DNA of 63,490 nt, filler included, from Octopus bimaculoides (Eukaryota): assembly GCF_001194135.2 (NCBI RefSeq). It is 5 parts of 5 records of this genome, joined end to end, with 100 filler letters (N's around TTAATTAATTAA, not from the genome) between each part and the next. Parts side by side here need not be neighbours in the genome. Positions count along the whole stretch, not along the records: positions 42,232 to 45,712 come from NC_068991.1; positions 45,813 to 60,479 come from NC_068989.1; 3 more parts are not named here. The stretch is one strand, 5' to 3'. Made by a program: the position numbers and the translations under genes. Under the pieces are notes generated by a model. The model saw only the letters and a list, made by a program, of their open reading frames with translations, did no database searches and was not told the DNA's origin. This document shows, piece after piece, positions 42,378 to 54,989 of this stretch (position 1 is the first letter of the stretch; the number at the start of each line of letters is the position of its first letter).

Positions 42378-44114
42378 TTGAAAAACTTCGATAATGCAAA
42401 TATGTTAATAGTTACCAGGGTAGCAAAAATCTTCAGTTTCTACTCATCAATTAACCCCATAATTCTTAACAAGGCACTTTGGTTCACCCATAATAAGGTA
42501 GGTCTCTCTAGGGACGAGATTAGTGTAATATTAGTGGCTCGTAAATCAATTATAAAATTTAACAATAAGCTATGGATACGTAAAGATACTCCAGAGGCTT
42601 TTGACATCCCTATGGGAAGTTCGGATTCAGCTCAAAGAGCTGATATAGTTTGTTTGTATATTCTATATGAACTGGCAGACCAATTCCCAAATATTAATGG
42701 AGGTCTATACAGAGATGATTGTCTGCTATACCTCCAAAATGTCACTACCCAGCAAATCCAAAAGGTTAAAAATAGATTAGCTAAATTCTTCCAGAGAATG
42801 GGTTTTGGCATCGTATTTGAGGATGAGGTCTCTGTAGCCAACTTCCTAGATGTAACTTTAGACTTACATAGCAACACAAACTTTCCATTCCATAAACCAT
42901 TAATGAATCTTAGGTACATAAGCCCTTTTAGTAACCACCCAAGGTCTATCACCAGTAATTTAGTTAAGAGCATTTCACTTAGACTTTCTAAACTTTCCTC
43001 TAACTCCCACATTTTCAATAAAGAGGCTGACTTTTATAATTCAGCCTTACTGAAGGCAGGTTACAAAGACAAGGTAAGATACATCAACTCATTTAGTGAT
43101 CTTTCATCATTTGAACAGCAGGATATTAGCACTACTAGCAGGGATAAACTCAATTCTATTTCTTCCCCTTCTTCTCACTTAACTGAGAAAGAGGCACTTA
43201 CTTATAATTGTTCGCATAATAGAGGAGGCTTAACCAGCTCTAAACACCTTAATAAAAACAAAAAATTGAAATTATTTAGCAATACCAAAACTTCACCTAG
43301 ATCTAGTGACAACATCTGGTTCATCGTCCCATTTGGGAAACAAGTTAAATCCAATTTGGTCTTGCAGTTCCGCGAAGCGGTGAATAGGAACTTTCCTAGG
43401 GGTTCTCACTATTACCCAATCATCAACACACACAAGGTTAGATTTGGGTTTTCCAATACAAAAAATATGTTACAAATAATTTCTTCCCATAATTTTAGAC
43501 TTTTAGATTCACATCAAGACAGCCATACCAATTATGATGATAATAGTTGTAATGATAATAATAATAATAATAACAATTACTCCAGTAAAACAACACATTC
43601 CTATGGTAGCAATAGTTATTTAGATAAAAATATAGGTAATAAGTACAACATTAGTAAATACAACAATAACTCTCACAACAATAAGATTACTATCTCGGAA
43701 TCTAATTGTAATAGAATTAAGTTTTTCAGTGTAAATGCTAGGAACAAAACTGTGGTTTATCAATGTAAGGTAACGACTAACTCGGAGGTCTTGCATTACA
43801 TAGGATGCTCTTCGTCGCAGGTCTCTAAGAGAATCTCTAACCATTACTCAACCTTTAGGGATAGGAATAAAAATAATAGTACCGGTCTTAGTAAGTTAAT
43901 CTGGAAACTTAAGGACTGCAATAAACAATTCACTTTAGAATGATCAATACTGGGTACCTCAATACCCTACGACAAGGGTAAAGATTTTTCTCCTCTCTGT
44001 AACTTGGAGCTATTCCACATTCTGTTCTCCAAGAATAATTTAGTGAACCAGATAACACAGAGAGCGTCCAGATGCCAGCATTGGAGGAAACACACCTTCA
44101 GCTCATTTTATTAA
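42378..44114 (+). pseudogene. PLE reverse transcriptase + GIY-YIG endonuclease frame with one in-frame TGA at 43941-43943
   Basis: FDIPMGSSDS; GLYRDDCL; ANFLDVTLDL; PFHKP...YISPFSNHP; VVYQ...YIG...KRISNH. Past the TGA the frame continues SILG...PLC...LVN...RCQH to TAA at 44114. Confidence 0.9.
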
Positions 44115-44180
44115 TTTCATCCTCTTTACTAATTTTAGTTATTATTTTTTTCACCTACCAACATACTCAATAGTTAACAG

Positions 44181-44245
44181 CCACTTTACATGTGGTATGA
44201 TCTATCGCCCCACTTTACATGTGGTATGATCTATCGCCCACTTTA
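44181..44245. repeat. 29-bp-period tandem duplication in the PLE 3' region
   Basis: ccactttacatgtggtatgatctatcgc twice plus a partial copy. Confidence 0.85.
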
Positions 44246-45712
44246 GACAATAAATCTCCTCAAGTTACCTCCATTTACCCATCTGGTCCATCCCTACAAC
44301 TTTTCCTTATTGCTTGATGATCCTCTTAATATATTATTATTCTTATCAACCCTCTTTGTAGATTGTTTTTTATCCACTAGATTTATAATTACACTTATAT
44401 ATATTTTAGTGAATTATAACTTTCTAATTTTTTGTTTCCCACCTTTGTAACCAGATATGTTAATGCAGCATCTCTGCATCATACACACTGGAACATCAAT
44501 ATCTCTTTTAATTTATCCATCATACTGCTCCCACTACCTATACACATAGGTATTTTCTATTAATTAAAAAAAATTTTTTAATTGTTTATTCATTCATTCA
44601 TTCATTTACTTATTTCATAATAGTAATAAATATTTTATTATAGCACATCCATCTCCTTAATATTTACATTAATAACAATAAAATTAATAAAATAAATTTA
44701 TTTTTTATATTTATAATAATAATAACAACAATAAGAATAATAACATTATAATATTATCTAAAATAACAATTATACCTAGCTCCAACCCCAGTTGTTCACA
44801 CTCTCTCTCCTTCTCTAGTTAGTACAGCTAGTTTAACGCCCTTTAAGTTATATTCATAGAGCTTTAAGTATTTCTACGTATATACTACTGATTTTGTTAT
44901 CGTAAGTATGATTATTCTTATAATTTCATTGCTTTATAGTTTTGTACCTTGTATTGCCAGTTATTTAGGCAAATTACCGTAACTTAATATGATACAACAT
45001 AAACGGTTAATTATATTTACAATCCATCTTTAATTTTCCTTCCTTATAAACGTTTATTTACATAATTAGTCGTATATAAAACAAATTTTACTCTTTACAC
45101 AAATTCATTGGATTCTCTCCCTTTCTCCTTCCAATTNNNNNNNNNNNNNNNNNNNNNNNNNNNNNNNNNNNNNNNNNNNNNNNNNNNNNNNNNNNNNNNN
45201 NNNNNNNNNNNNNNNNNNNNNNNNNNNNNNNNNNNNAATATAAATGTGTGTATATGATTGCGTATACAAGTTTATGTGAGTGTGCGCGTCCACATGTGTA
45301 TGTATGTATATGGGTATATAGGTGTGTGGATGAGTGTATCTGTGTGTATGTGTACATGTATACCTGTGTGGGGAGGGGTGTATGTATGTTTGTAAGTATA
45401 TATATATATATATGTGTGTGTGTATATGTGTACAAATCTACGTATGTGTACATGTGTGTATGTGTATATATTTGTATGTGTGTGTGTGTGTGTACGAAAA
45501 AATATATATGTATGTATATGTATGTGTGTGTATATGTATATGTATGCATGCACACACACACATATATGGATATGTGGATGTATGTATATGGGTGTGTGTA
45601 TGTATGTATATATAAAACACTTGAGTTATTTTTCTTTTATATATACACATATATATATGTATATATATGTATATATGTATATATGTATATGTATATGTAT
45701 TTGTATGTATGT

Positions 45713-45812
45713 NNNNNNNNNNNNNNNNNNNNNNNNNNNNNNNNNNNNNNNNNNNNTTAATTAATTAANNNNNNNNNNNNNNNNNNNNNNNNNNNNNNNN
45801 NNNNNNNNNNNN
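45713..45812. other. Assembly gap spacer with TTAATTAATTAA linker
   Basis: 44 N + linker + 44 N. Confidence 0.9.
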
Positions 45813-45872
<60 letters not shown>

Positions 45873-46019
45873 CGTGTGTGCGTATGTGTGTGTATTTATG
45901 CATGTATGTGTGTGTGTGTGCGCGCGCGCGCACACACACACACACACGTATACATGCACAGAGAGAGAGAGAGAGAGAGAGAGATGAAAGTCAACTAGTG
46001 ATTTCTTAGACAGCAACAG

Positions 46020-46520
46020 AGGATGCAGCCGCACGGGTGATTAGAGAACTGCAACTGTCTCAGACTATGCTTTACCTAGATTACGCCATCGCGAACGAGT
46101 AACCTACATAGAAGACAAGTAAAAGAAATCTAACAATGTTTGAAATTTGTATGAAATGCCCATGTCACTGAAGACAGCCCCAACAAGAGAAGTACAAATG
46201 ATGTCGATTTTAAAGGGTTGGCTTAAATCAGATATCCCAATATTGGCCAATAATTTGTTGCAGGCTGAGCTCATCATACACGAACCTAGATATTTAAAAT
46301 CATCGACACAGTTTAGAATAAGGGTTGAAATGTTATGCTGTTTTGGTGACAAATGTGAATGTATTCATTTTTTCCCCTTGCCATTTATGTAGAGCCCTAC
46401 AGTTTGCTGCTATCATGAGGAAGATTAGTAGATATTGCACATCATACAAGGAATTAGCAAGTAGCGCAAGATCAGGTATGACATTCCAGTATCATCTTTT
46501 CAAATTTTCTTAAACAGATG
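46020..46520 (-). mobile_element. RTE-like LINE remnant (post-RT region)
   Basis: DLALLANS...; LNCVDDFKYLGS motif. Confidence 0.55.
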
Positions 46521-46991
46521 CTCTGACAAAAGTTAGCTGTTTAATCATTCCCACAGTGTTCTTAAAGCGCGCTCGTTCGCTACCGCGTGTATCTCTGTTC
46601 CTGAACACTATTGCGATATATACATTGATCCCATAGTGGGTTCATCCGTTCTTTTGACAGAAGTTGCTTTTGCCCCACCGGATTTCAAGTAACCCTCCTT
46701 GCAAAACTAACCTGATGGGGTGCCGCTTTAGTCATCAACAACCTGACTATGTAACAAGTTGAAATGGATTTCATGTTGCTAGTAGTATTCATTCGCATTA
46801 CTAAATCTAAAGACAAGAGTTTCGATGGTTGAACGTTATTTCTGATCACTGAATCATTTTCGATTCAAACGATATAGAAGGAAAAGGGAATTTTTTTACT
46901 CATTTAGAGAGTTTAGACACAAACAGTTTAAATTAGCCTACAACAATTATTGACAGTATTAATAACTCCACAAAAATTTGTCATTTTTTCA

Positions 46992-47039
<48 letters not shown>

Positions 47040-47172
47040 AAAAAATTTCAATTTAATGTGTGCATTAAAGATCAAGAAGAACCTTACACTAATACGAGCT
47101 CATTCCAGAAGTTTGGATACTTTTTTTTAGTGGAGGCAGTTATAACTGTCATAGATTATTGTAATTTTAGTA

Positions 47173-48378
47173 TACAGGGTACGTCACAAAGAATTCCCGA
47201 CTGATTTTTAGTCATTAATTTTAGTAAAGAGCATAAAAACACACGAGTTCTTTAGGTTTTAATTAAATATGGTCATGTAACATATTGAGATACGTTTCAT
47301 TCAATATGTCCGCCTTTAGCCTTCACAATCGTCTGTGGACGGCCAAGAACAGAGTCACACGAATGCCGGATGACTTCTTCACTTAAACGATCCCATGACA
47401 CGACTAAGGCTTTCTTCAGAGCGGTTATATTTTTGTAGGAAACTCTTGACACGTCACTTTCTAGAATGAGCCAAATAGCGAAGTCCGTAGAGTTGACAAC
47501 TGGGCTGGAGGGAGGCCACATATTCTTGTCCCAGAATCCGTTGAAATGGCTCCTGCACCATTGTTGTACCACATACGACGTATGAGGAGCACTGTCTTGC
47601 GTAAACACACAATTATCTCCAGATGCTTCGGTCACCCATGGCAAAACATTATCCTCAACATTTTTATGAACACCAGATGACACTGCCACCCAGACCATCA
47701 CTCCGGCGGGTTTCATTCGGGCGCCTTTGGAAACAGCATCCGAGCTCGTGGCCAAAATCTTGTCATTTTGGGTATTCGCTTTCGTCCGATCAGATGAAGA
47801 CATTGTCACCGGCACTCTGAATCTCCTCCACCATTTTCTTGCGCCTATCCAGTCACTTCGATTTTGGAGCGGCCAAAATTAGGTGTTGACGTTGCAATTT
47901 AAATGACTTACAATTTAAGTCTTCATGCACGACACATCGCATGGTTATCAGAGATATCGAGACCTTTTGCCATTTGCCTCATGTTCTACCATGGATTTTG
48001 TGACACTCCCTTTCAGACGACATCCACCAATTGTTTCGTCCTTACGGATCGTTTTCAAATAGGAACAGGCTTGCTGTCGATTGAATCTCTCTCAGTGTAG
48101 TGTTTCATGACATTATAGACTGTTTGGGGATCAATACCAACCCTTGAATTCACGTCTTTTGATGCTATGTTCTGCTTTTTTCAGAGCTACGATCTCATTT
48201 CGCCTATTAGCTGCCATATTGAGATGTTTTACTGGCCGAATGTATACAAACAATGGAGTGAACATGAACAATTGATTGTCGAGGAGCGCATTTTAATTAT
48301 TTTTGTGCAATTTCAAACTAAATTTAATAAAATAAACTTATTTAAATAATCGGGAATTATTTAGGGTGCACCGTTTGT
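47173..48378 (-). mobile_element. Tc1/mariner (maT, DD37D-like) transposon relic
   Basis: VMVW...FTQDSAP-H...WPPSSP..N..DF...W..LE...KAKGGHIE*. The left TIR TA-cagggtacgtcacaaagaattcccga partly matches tcgggaattattt near 48350-48362. Confidence 0.8.
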
Positions 48379-49109
48379 CATTACAACACATCTAATATAC
48401 TGACCTGCCATCTTTTGTTATTCCAGATTGAAGGAGATGGCTGTAACTGCACTTTGAACACACTCTACTAAACGCTGCTTGTTACAGCTGATTAAATTGC
48501 AGAATGTAGCGAGACTTCTGGAAGCTTACTATGCAATAGAGTGTAATACTTCGACCGTGCGAACCAAAGGAGATGGCGACTTAGACGGTAAAGGCTCCTT
48601 TTTACCATGTCGCACGGTCGAACACAAAACAAGATATATAAGTTGGAAGGCTCGTCGTAAGAGATACGAGCCATAGTGCCAGTAAAAGAACTTAGGACAA
48701 ACTCAACCGTTAGATATATAATGAGAATAAATTTATTAACAAAGTGAAACTGTTTGTGTCTGTGTGCGCGTGCATGCGACATATAAAATTAACACAGTAG
48801 ATAAGTCAGGCCTTCTGATACAAGAGAAGGTATACAACAATGTGAAGTAACGGACAGTCATATAAGCAATAGTGTGTATACAATATGTGAGTGTACAAGT
48901 GTGCGTGTGAATGAGAGGAAACACAGAACATAGTAAGAGTGTCTGTAACATAGACTGTAAAAAATCTTAACACTGAGATAGAGAAATACCAGTTCGTATA
49001 AGAGTTACACAAGGAGATAGAATATTCATACGCAGGAAGTTGTGGCCAAGGAGCAGAGCTGTAGTATCACACTATGTGTGTTGAGCGTCGAATGCTGCGA
49101 CCGTGTTAC

Positions 49110-49338
49110 CTGATACGAAATATTCTCGCTGGTTAGTTCTGATTGTTGTTCGTGAGTGGAAACTCCACTCATACAGTGAAGATAAAACCGAGCTTGTTGA
49201 TGTTGGTGTTGCTGGCGACGACAATGGTAGACAGTGCATTGGTGGTGAAGACGTCGGCACTGGAACTGGCTGTAGCTGTGTTCTGTATGTGTGTGGTCAA
49301 CGACCAGACCTGTGAGAGATCTGAAATCGAAGACGACT
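49110..49338 (-). other. Candidate first exon of an unidentified minus-strand gene (5' UTR plus MSGVSTHEQQSELTSENISYQ from ATG 49172)
   Basis: Inr-like GCAGTC at 49338, 27 nt below TATAAATA, a CA-rich UTR-like sequence, and donor CAG|GTAACA at 49109. Confidence 0.5.
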
Positions 49339-49500
49339 GCCGTCGTTGGATCGGGCTTATTTATAGGCGAAAAAGGGCTCACCGGAAACCCAGTAAAACT
49401 CCTTCTCGCGTGATCTTATCTGAAGCCGTCGATTGGATGTAATGCCCCCTTAGCAAGCAGAACATGGTGACAATTGCCGCGAAAAATAATAACCAATCAG
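49333..49500 (-). promoter_or_regulatory. Pol II core promoter: Inr, TATA (49358-49365), CCAAT boxes (49432-49436, 49493-49497)
   Basis: Canonical motif order and spacing in a locally CpG-richer unique segment. Confidence 0.55.
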
Positions 49501-50160
49501 GATGATGGACAGAAGGGTCCAAGGTAGATGAAAGCTAGATGTTAGCAGCTTCGTTATCATTTGTGATTGAATGCCCGAGAGAGAGGTTTCACTACAAGAG
49601 TTTTGTGTTAAATTGGACACAAAACGCTACAGAAATTTATGAAATACTCCAGACTGCTTATGGATTTTACTTTTTCACTGGGACAGTAGATTCAGAGATG
49701 GCAGAAAGGTGGTAAGATACGATGAGAAGCGTGGGAAAGAAATGGACTTCTGAACATCAGTGCTGGATGAGTCGCAACTTTCATGAGTCTACAAAGACAA
49801 TGAGCATATAGTTTGGAAGTGGTGTGGCAACTGTACACAAAATTATTCATGAAGATCTGAACATATACAAAGTTTGTTTCCAGAGTGCTCTGTGACGAGC
49901 ATCCTGGTAACCAACTACTTAACAGAGATGGGCATCAAAATTCTCCCCCGCCCTCTCAAGAATCCAGACCTTGATCGCTAAGACTTTTCATAGTTCCCCA
50001 AGCTGAAGGAGAACCTCAAGGGTAATCGTTTTGAAAATGAAGGAGGCTGTGACAAGGGTCCTTGGTATATTCATCTTGGAGGACTTCACGAAGTAACTGG
50101 AGTGTTACAAGTTCATTGAAGTCAAAGGATCCCACTGTGAAGGAGATTGAAATTTTCTTA

Positions 50161-51109
50161 TACCTGGTCTGATCAATAAGTATCCAGACTGTTGCCATAG
50201 TAACGAAGCTAAAGCACGCAAAGCGAAACCGCTTGGCACAGATTGACCTTAAACTCTGCTCTGCATGCGCACTAAGTTTTGACACTCTAGCTCATTTCCG
50301 CTGTTTACAGTAGTGCTTGGAAGGAGCGTGTGATCGTCGCACTGACCATGACAGAGAAAGTTTAGTAGAGAATCTGCATCAAATTTTGCTAAAAGCTTGA
50401 CGATACCTGCTCAGAGGCCTTTGCAAAGTTTTCAGAACATTTTCATTGTTCTTGACACAATCAATGAGATCTTGTGCGACTAAAATCCTAGTGTCTTTTT
50501 GGTCAGCCAGCAGACATGCGTTTCATACCCAAATCTTCAGTGATAATGGACTGAAATACACATACTCTGATAACTCACGGATGGTGATCTGACGATTTCC
50601 CCTCACGGCTGCACGCACATCTGCAATGCTTTTCTCATTTCTGCTGGTTGCGTGTCTCCCAGAACATTCGTCAATATCGCCATTTTTTCGGCCATCTTGG
50701 AAACGTCTGAACCACTCGTACACTTGTGTGCAGCTCATACACTCCTCTCCATACACTCCTCTCCATACACTCCTCTCTATACACTCCTCTCCATACACTC
50801 CCCTCCATACACTCCTCTCCATACACTCCTCTCCATACACTCCTCTCCATACACTTGCTGCAACATTGAGTAGGCTTCTGAGCAGATATCACCATGACAA
50901 CTTTCTCTGTCATGGTCAATGCGACGATCACATGCTACACACCTTCTTTCCAAGCACTGTTGTAAACAGCGGAAGTGCGCTAGAACGTTAAAACTTACTG
51001 CGCGTGCAACGCATAGTTCAAGGTCAATCTCTGACAAGCGGCTTCACTCTGTATGCTTTGGCTTCGTTACTATAGCAACAGTCCGGATACTTATTGATCA
51101 AACCTAGTA
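50161..51109. mobile_element. TA-flanked mariner derivative made of two inward-facing 5' ends (long inverted arms)
   Basis: tacctggtctgatcaataagtatccagactgttgc at left and its reverse complement at right. The arms stay homologous through atgacagagaaagtt. The minus arm encodes MLQQVYGEECM...QVYEWFRRFQDGR. Confidence 0.85.
50736..50855. repeat. 14-bp tandem repeat x8 (CATACACTCCTCTC)
   Basis: Directly visible inside the mariner coding sequence. Confidence 0.95.
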
Positions 51110-51329
51110 AATGTCACTCCTGAAAAAGTCTGAAAACTTCTGGAATGCTCCTTGTGCTTAATCAAGAAACCGAAATTTCTCAGAATTATATCACATCTAT
51201 GAGGCATCAAATCTTTTAGTTTGTTGATCAGGTTATCTAATTTTTTTCCGTTTTGATTAAATACTCATACAATTCACTTGGTTTCTTGATGGTAAAGTTA
51301 GAATTCTGTGCATGACGAACCACACTAGG

Positions 51330-53077
51330 TGAGCATTTTCTGATTCCAAACAAATTAGCATGGTTTCCATTCAGCACTTCGCTGAACAGCTCACGATGGA
51401 CAACAGACAGAAGACAATGGATTCTGATGCTCACGTCGATGGCATGTTTTGCTTATCGAACAGGTGAAGAATAGATCTGGGTTTGTCAAGGTACTGGTCA
51501 AATTGGATCAGTCCAAAGCATTCGACAGGGTGGCCGTCTACCTCATGGCTATGCTAAGAGCTGTTTCAGTCCCTTCTTCAGAGGGTGCATTGTTACATTG
51601 TACAGCAGTGTCTGTTTTGTGGTCCAACAAAACATCCACCGCTCGGAACTATTTAGCATCAAACACTCAGTTCTTCAAAGTTACTCACCTCTATCCTCCC
51701 CTATATCTTTTGGGTGTGGAGCTTTTACAATGACAGTTGAAAAAATTGAAGGATATCCCGCTCAAAGTGGGTCACAGGGGGAGCCATGTTGGTATATGCA
51801 GACAAAATCTGTCAAATACAGAAGCAGTCAATACTATACTGAAAGAGTACCAGGAGTACACAGGAATACACATTAAACGGTACAAGTTGGTGGGCTTGGA
51901 AGTTCATACAAATCCACACTGAATCAAAGGTCTCGTGAAGGTACTTGGATTTTATTTCAGATCAGACATTGAAGTGAACAGAAACTAGGAATATGTCGCT
52001 AGCAGAGTGGCCACTTTCACTCAAATATTGACCGAGAGGTCGGTTGAAGTCGACTAATGTTGACATCACCTCGATGGCGTACTACTGCCTAACTGGCGTA
52101 TTATGTTACAAGAAATATCTGACCAGGCTAGAGTGCATGCTCTTTCGTTTCTTATAAAAGAGATGTTCATCTGCTGCCAACATTCGCTATGTGGTGGTCT
52201 CGAAATGTGCAGGCATACAGAGAGGCTGATGCACCTACAGAAACAACTGAACTGCTGTGACGGTGAAGACAATGAAATCAAGCGCAAACATGTGTAGGCG
52301 TTTTTTGAGTGGCACATATTTCTACATCTCATTTACTTAGTCAAGCAACAACCAAGAGTCAAGCAAGTGACCAGGGACTGATCCTGGAGCATCAATGAGA
52401 ACATTATGAGCAGTCTCTTCTGGAGGACATTCAGGCCGGGAATTAAGTTCTTGACATGTATGTGCTACTGGGAGAATATTATTGTTTGAGATCTGTTGGC
52501 AAAGAAGTACTAACAACCAAATCTCTCTGAGAAATGTGCAGCGAGGAGAATGAAACTGTTATGTACTCATGAGTGATTTTGGACTGGTATTAAACAATTA
52601 CTATTACTATGACAAATCAGAATTTTCTTTAGTGAAAAATCGAAGGACCAACATTGCATATCAATGAAGTTAGCCTCTTTCTACGTTATGCCTGTAGCAA
52701 AAGAGATTGTGTGGTGAACTCATCCGAAACATATGAAGACGGGTATTTTCCAGTTTGCCCAGACTATCACCAACTTGTTCAAGAATCATCTGAAAAGGAA
52801 TGTGAGAGTAGAGAGAGAGGTGCTGCTTTCTGGTGTGTCAATCAAAAGGTGAATGAGTGGTAAGACTGGTAAGGTTGAATGGGTCTAACCTGAGGGTGCT
52901 TTTCGAAGCAGGATGGAGTAATGCAGGTAAGTGCCTTTTCATACATTGGATATGGCAGAGAAATTCGAGCCTTTGTGTGTTGTTTCCTCTGAATTATCCT
53001 AGGGATCTTTCTCTTTATTGGATAATTTTTGTGTTATATCTTTTATTACATATCTATCAAAAAAAAAACAAAAAAAC
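51330..53077 (+). mobile_element. 5'-truncated L1/Tx1-clade LINE ORF2 remnant with poly(A)-like tail
   Basis: LVKLDQSKAFDRV; EYQEYTGIHI; KVLGF; CSEENETV; KNHLKRNVRVERE; A-rich end at 53058-53077. Confidence 0.8.
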
Positions 53078-53989
53078 ACAACCAATATAATAATGACTTT
53101 AGTGAAAATTACTCAGGGTTGCCTTCAGCATCTATTTAAAAGTAAATAATTAGGCCAACATTAACTTCTTAATCTAGGGAGTTAAAACAAAAAATTAAAA
53201 CTATACTTCACTGAGGGGGTTCTAATTATACCAAAACATGCCTGGAGTTGTTGCAGTATTTACTAAAGATCAAACTTACTCCCCACTACATGTGTATATT
53301 CAGTTTTAATTAACTTAAATCATTAAACCATTAAATCAGCTATGTTAATACCAACTTCCTATATTAGACATTATATGTCAGATCATTGGAAAATTTGCTG
53401 ATTGACATTTTCGGAAACTAGCTCATTGCATAAATTAATCCCACTATATTTTTCAATCAGACATAAGATTTACTAGTAAGCAACTTTTACTTCCTTTTCT
53501 AATTCGGTACATATTTCTGTTTTTGTGTGAAAAATCATAAGGTGTCTGCTTCAAATCCAGTGAAAGATGTTTGCTTTATTTTTAGCTATCACTTTCTTCT
53601 TTACAAGGTAGAAAATGATATATAACTTTAAACATTTATACACTGTCTGGAGTTAAGTAAGCTAAGAGTATATCTCTGACCGGAGTATTCCCTTTTTACT
53701 TGTTTCTTAAATCTCCATCTACTTTTGTTGCTTTTCTCTATTTGCACATATTTGACTTACTCAATTTAATCCCTGATGTCCTGAAAGTGTAACCTCACTA
53801 ATTGATAAGTGGTTTAAATAGACTTCTCATTTCAAGAGAATACGTTTTGGGTGGTCTGAATTCAAGTCATTAGTATTTTACTTTTCCATGTAAATTTGCA
53901 GAATTCTTCGAGTATCCAATTCAATATTGCAATATTTTTTTGTTTTTAATAGTTTATTTCTGAGGAAGTGGGTTTACCCATAGCCTTCT

Positions 53990-54250
53990 CAGGTCATCAA
54001 AGACAAATAAGGTGGGTATTATTAATGATATTGAATGACTGGAAGTCGACGACAGCAGGAAAAACACAGACGGGGAAAGAATTCTAGTGGGAGTGGGTAA
54101 AAGGATTGGGAATAGGGCCTAATGGAGAGAAAGACATAAAATGGATGATGAGAGGAGGATAACCTAGTAAACTGGATGGAGGACCAACCAGTTGTAAAGA
54201 ACAGAGATCTGTAGTATAAGTTGAAAAGACAGAATGAGGTATAGAATTAC
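53990..54250 (-). mobile_element. LINE (Jockey/CR1-group-like) 3' remnant
   Basis: TRLSSSHHP...YSQSF.P-like C-terminal motif, frameshifted. Confidence 0.45.
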
Positions 54251-54259
54251 TGAAGCAAG

Positions 54260-54545
54260 GCATCATTTTCTCTCCTACTCTCTAACATCTATGAAGTCGC
54301 TGGACAATTCTCCGCCCTCTCCTCTCTGCCTCTGTGCATCACACAATGATCAAGCTCTCCCTCCACCCAAGCTGCTGACAATCCTTTTGGTCCTGTGCCA
54401 AAAGAATTTCCACCAATTTTGCAGTACCCACCTTTCCTTCACTTCTCAACCATGATGGTTCTATGAGCAGTAAACCCATAGAGTAAGCACACTTTCGCCT
54501 TCGCTTTTGCCTTCTCCTTACGCATTGCATCCAAATCCACACAGC
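54260..54545 (+). mobile_element. LINE (Jockey/CR1-group-like) pre-RT remnant
   Basis: ISTNFAVPTFPSLLNHDGS...PIE*A..FA motif. Confidence 0.45.
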
Positions 54546-54989
54546 ACACACTTATCTAAAATCTCATCTAAAACTATTCCCTTCAACTTTTACAAACTCA
54601 CCATCATGTTCACATATAAGCAAAGTGCAAAAGTACTTTCAGTTGCTTCAAAGAAACAAGGCGACCTACCATCTCATATTATCATCAAACAATACACCCT
54701 TATACTGACTAATCTTTCCCTTTTTCTTTCTCTGTCTCACACATACAAACATCCCCTCTTTTTGCCTTTCTCACATACTCACTCTGTCTTCACAAATACA
54801 CATATACTCCCTCTCTTTCTCCCCTTCCCTCTCACTGAATATATTTCATATTTGGAAGCACATTCTCTGGAATACACAATGAATCTCATCTCTTCCTTTA
54901 TGACAACTAGTACGACTTTCATAAAGCTAGATCTCTTCTATGATATTCCCTAATAGACTCTTGTTTAGTGAAAGAAATGTTGCTGCTCC

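Larger units (their letters stand above)
42362..45130 (+). mobile_element. 5'-truncated Penelope-like element, probably Hydra-type, with AT-rich 3' region (right boundary uncertain)
   Basis: RT plus C-terminal GIY-YIG frame starting right after (TA)n. Confidence 0.85.
49575..51156 (+). mobile_element. Older internally deleted mariner, split by a younger insertion at 50161-51109
   Basis: ATEIYEILQTAYG; IIHEDL...KV; PDL...DF..FPKLKENLKG.RF. The 3' TIR-like ctgaaaacttctggaatgctcc resumes at 51110-51156. Confidence 0.7.

Noticed and set aside
43941-43943. In-frame TGA in the PLE as selenocysteine recoding (known in some Naiad PLEs)
   Set aside because: It is a single TGA at a position I expect to be Trp (LE-W-SIL), not Cys. 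I saw no SECIS, and other catalytic positions are decayed. A TGG-to-TGA mutation is simpler.
44114-45130. Hammerhead in the Hydra-type PLE 3' region
   Set aside because: No CTGANGA plus GAAA pair found on either strand by eye; the region is also cut by a gap.
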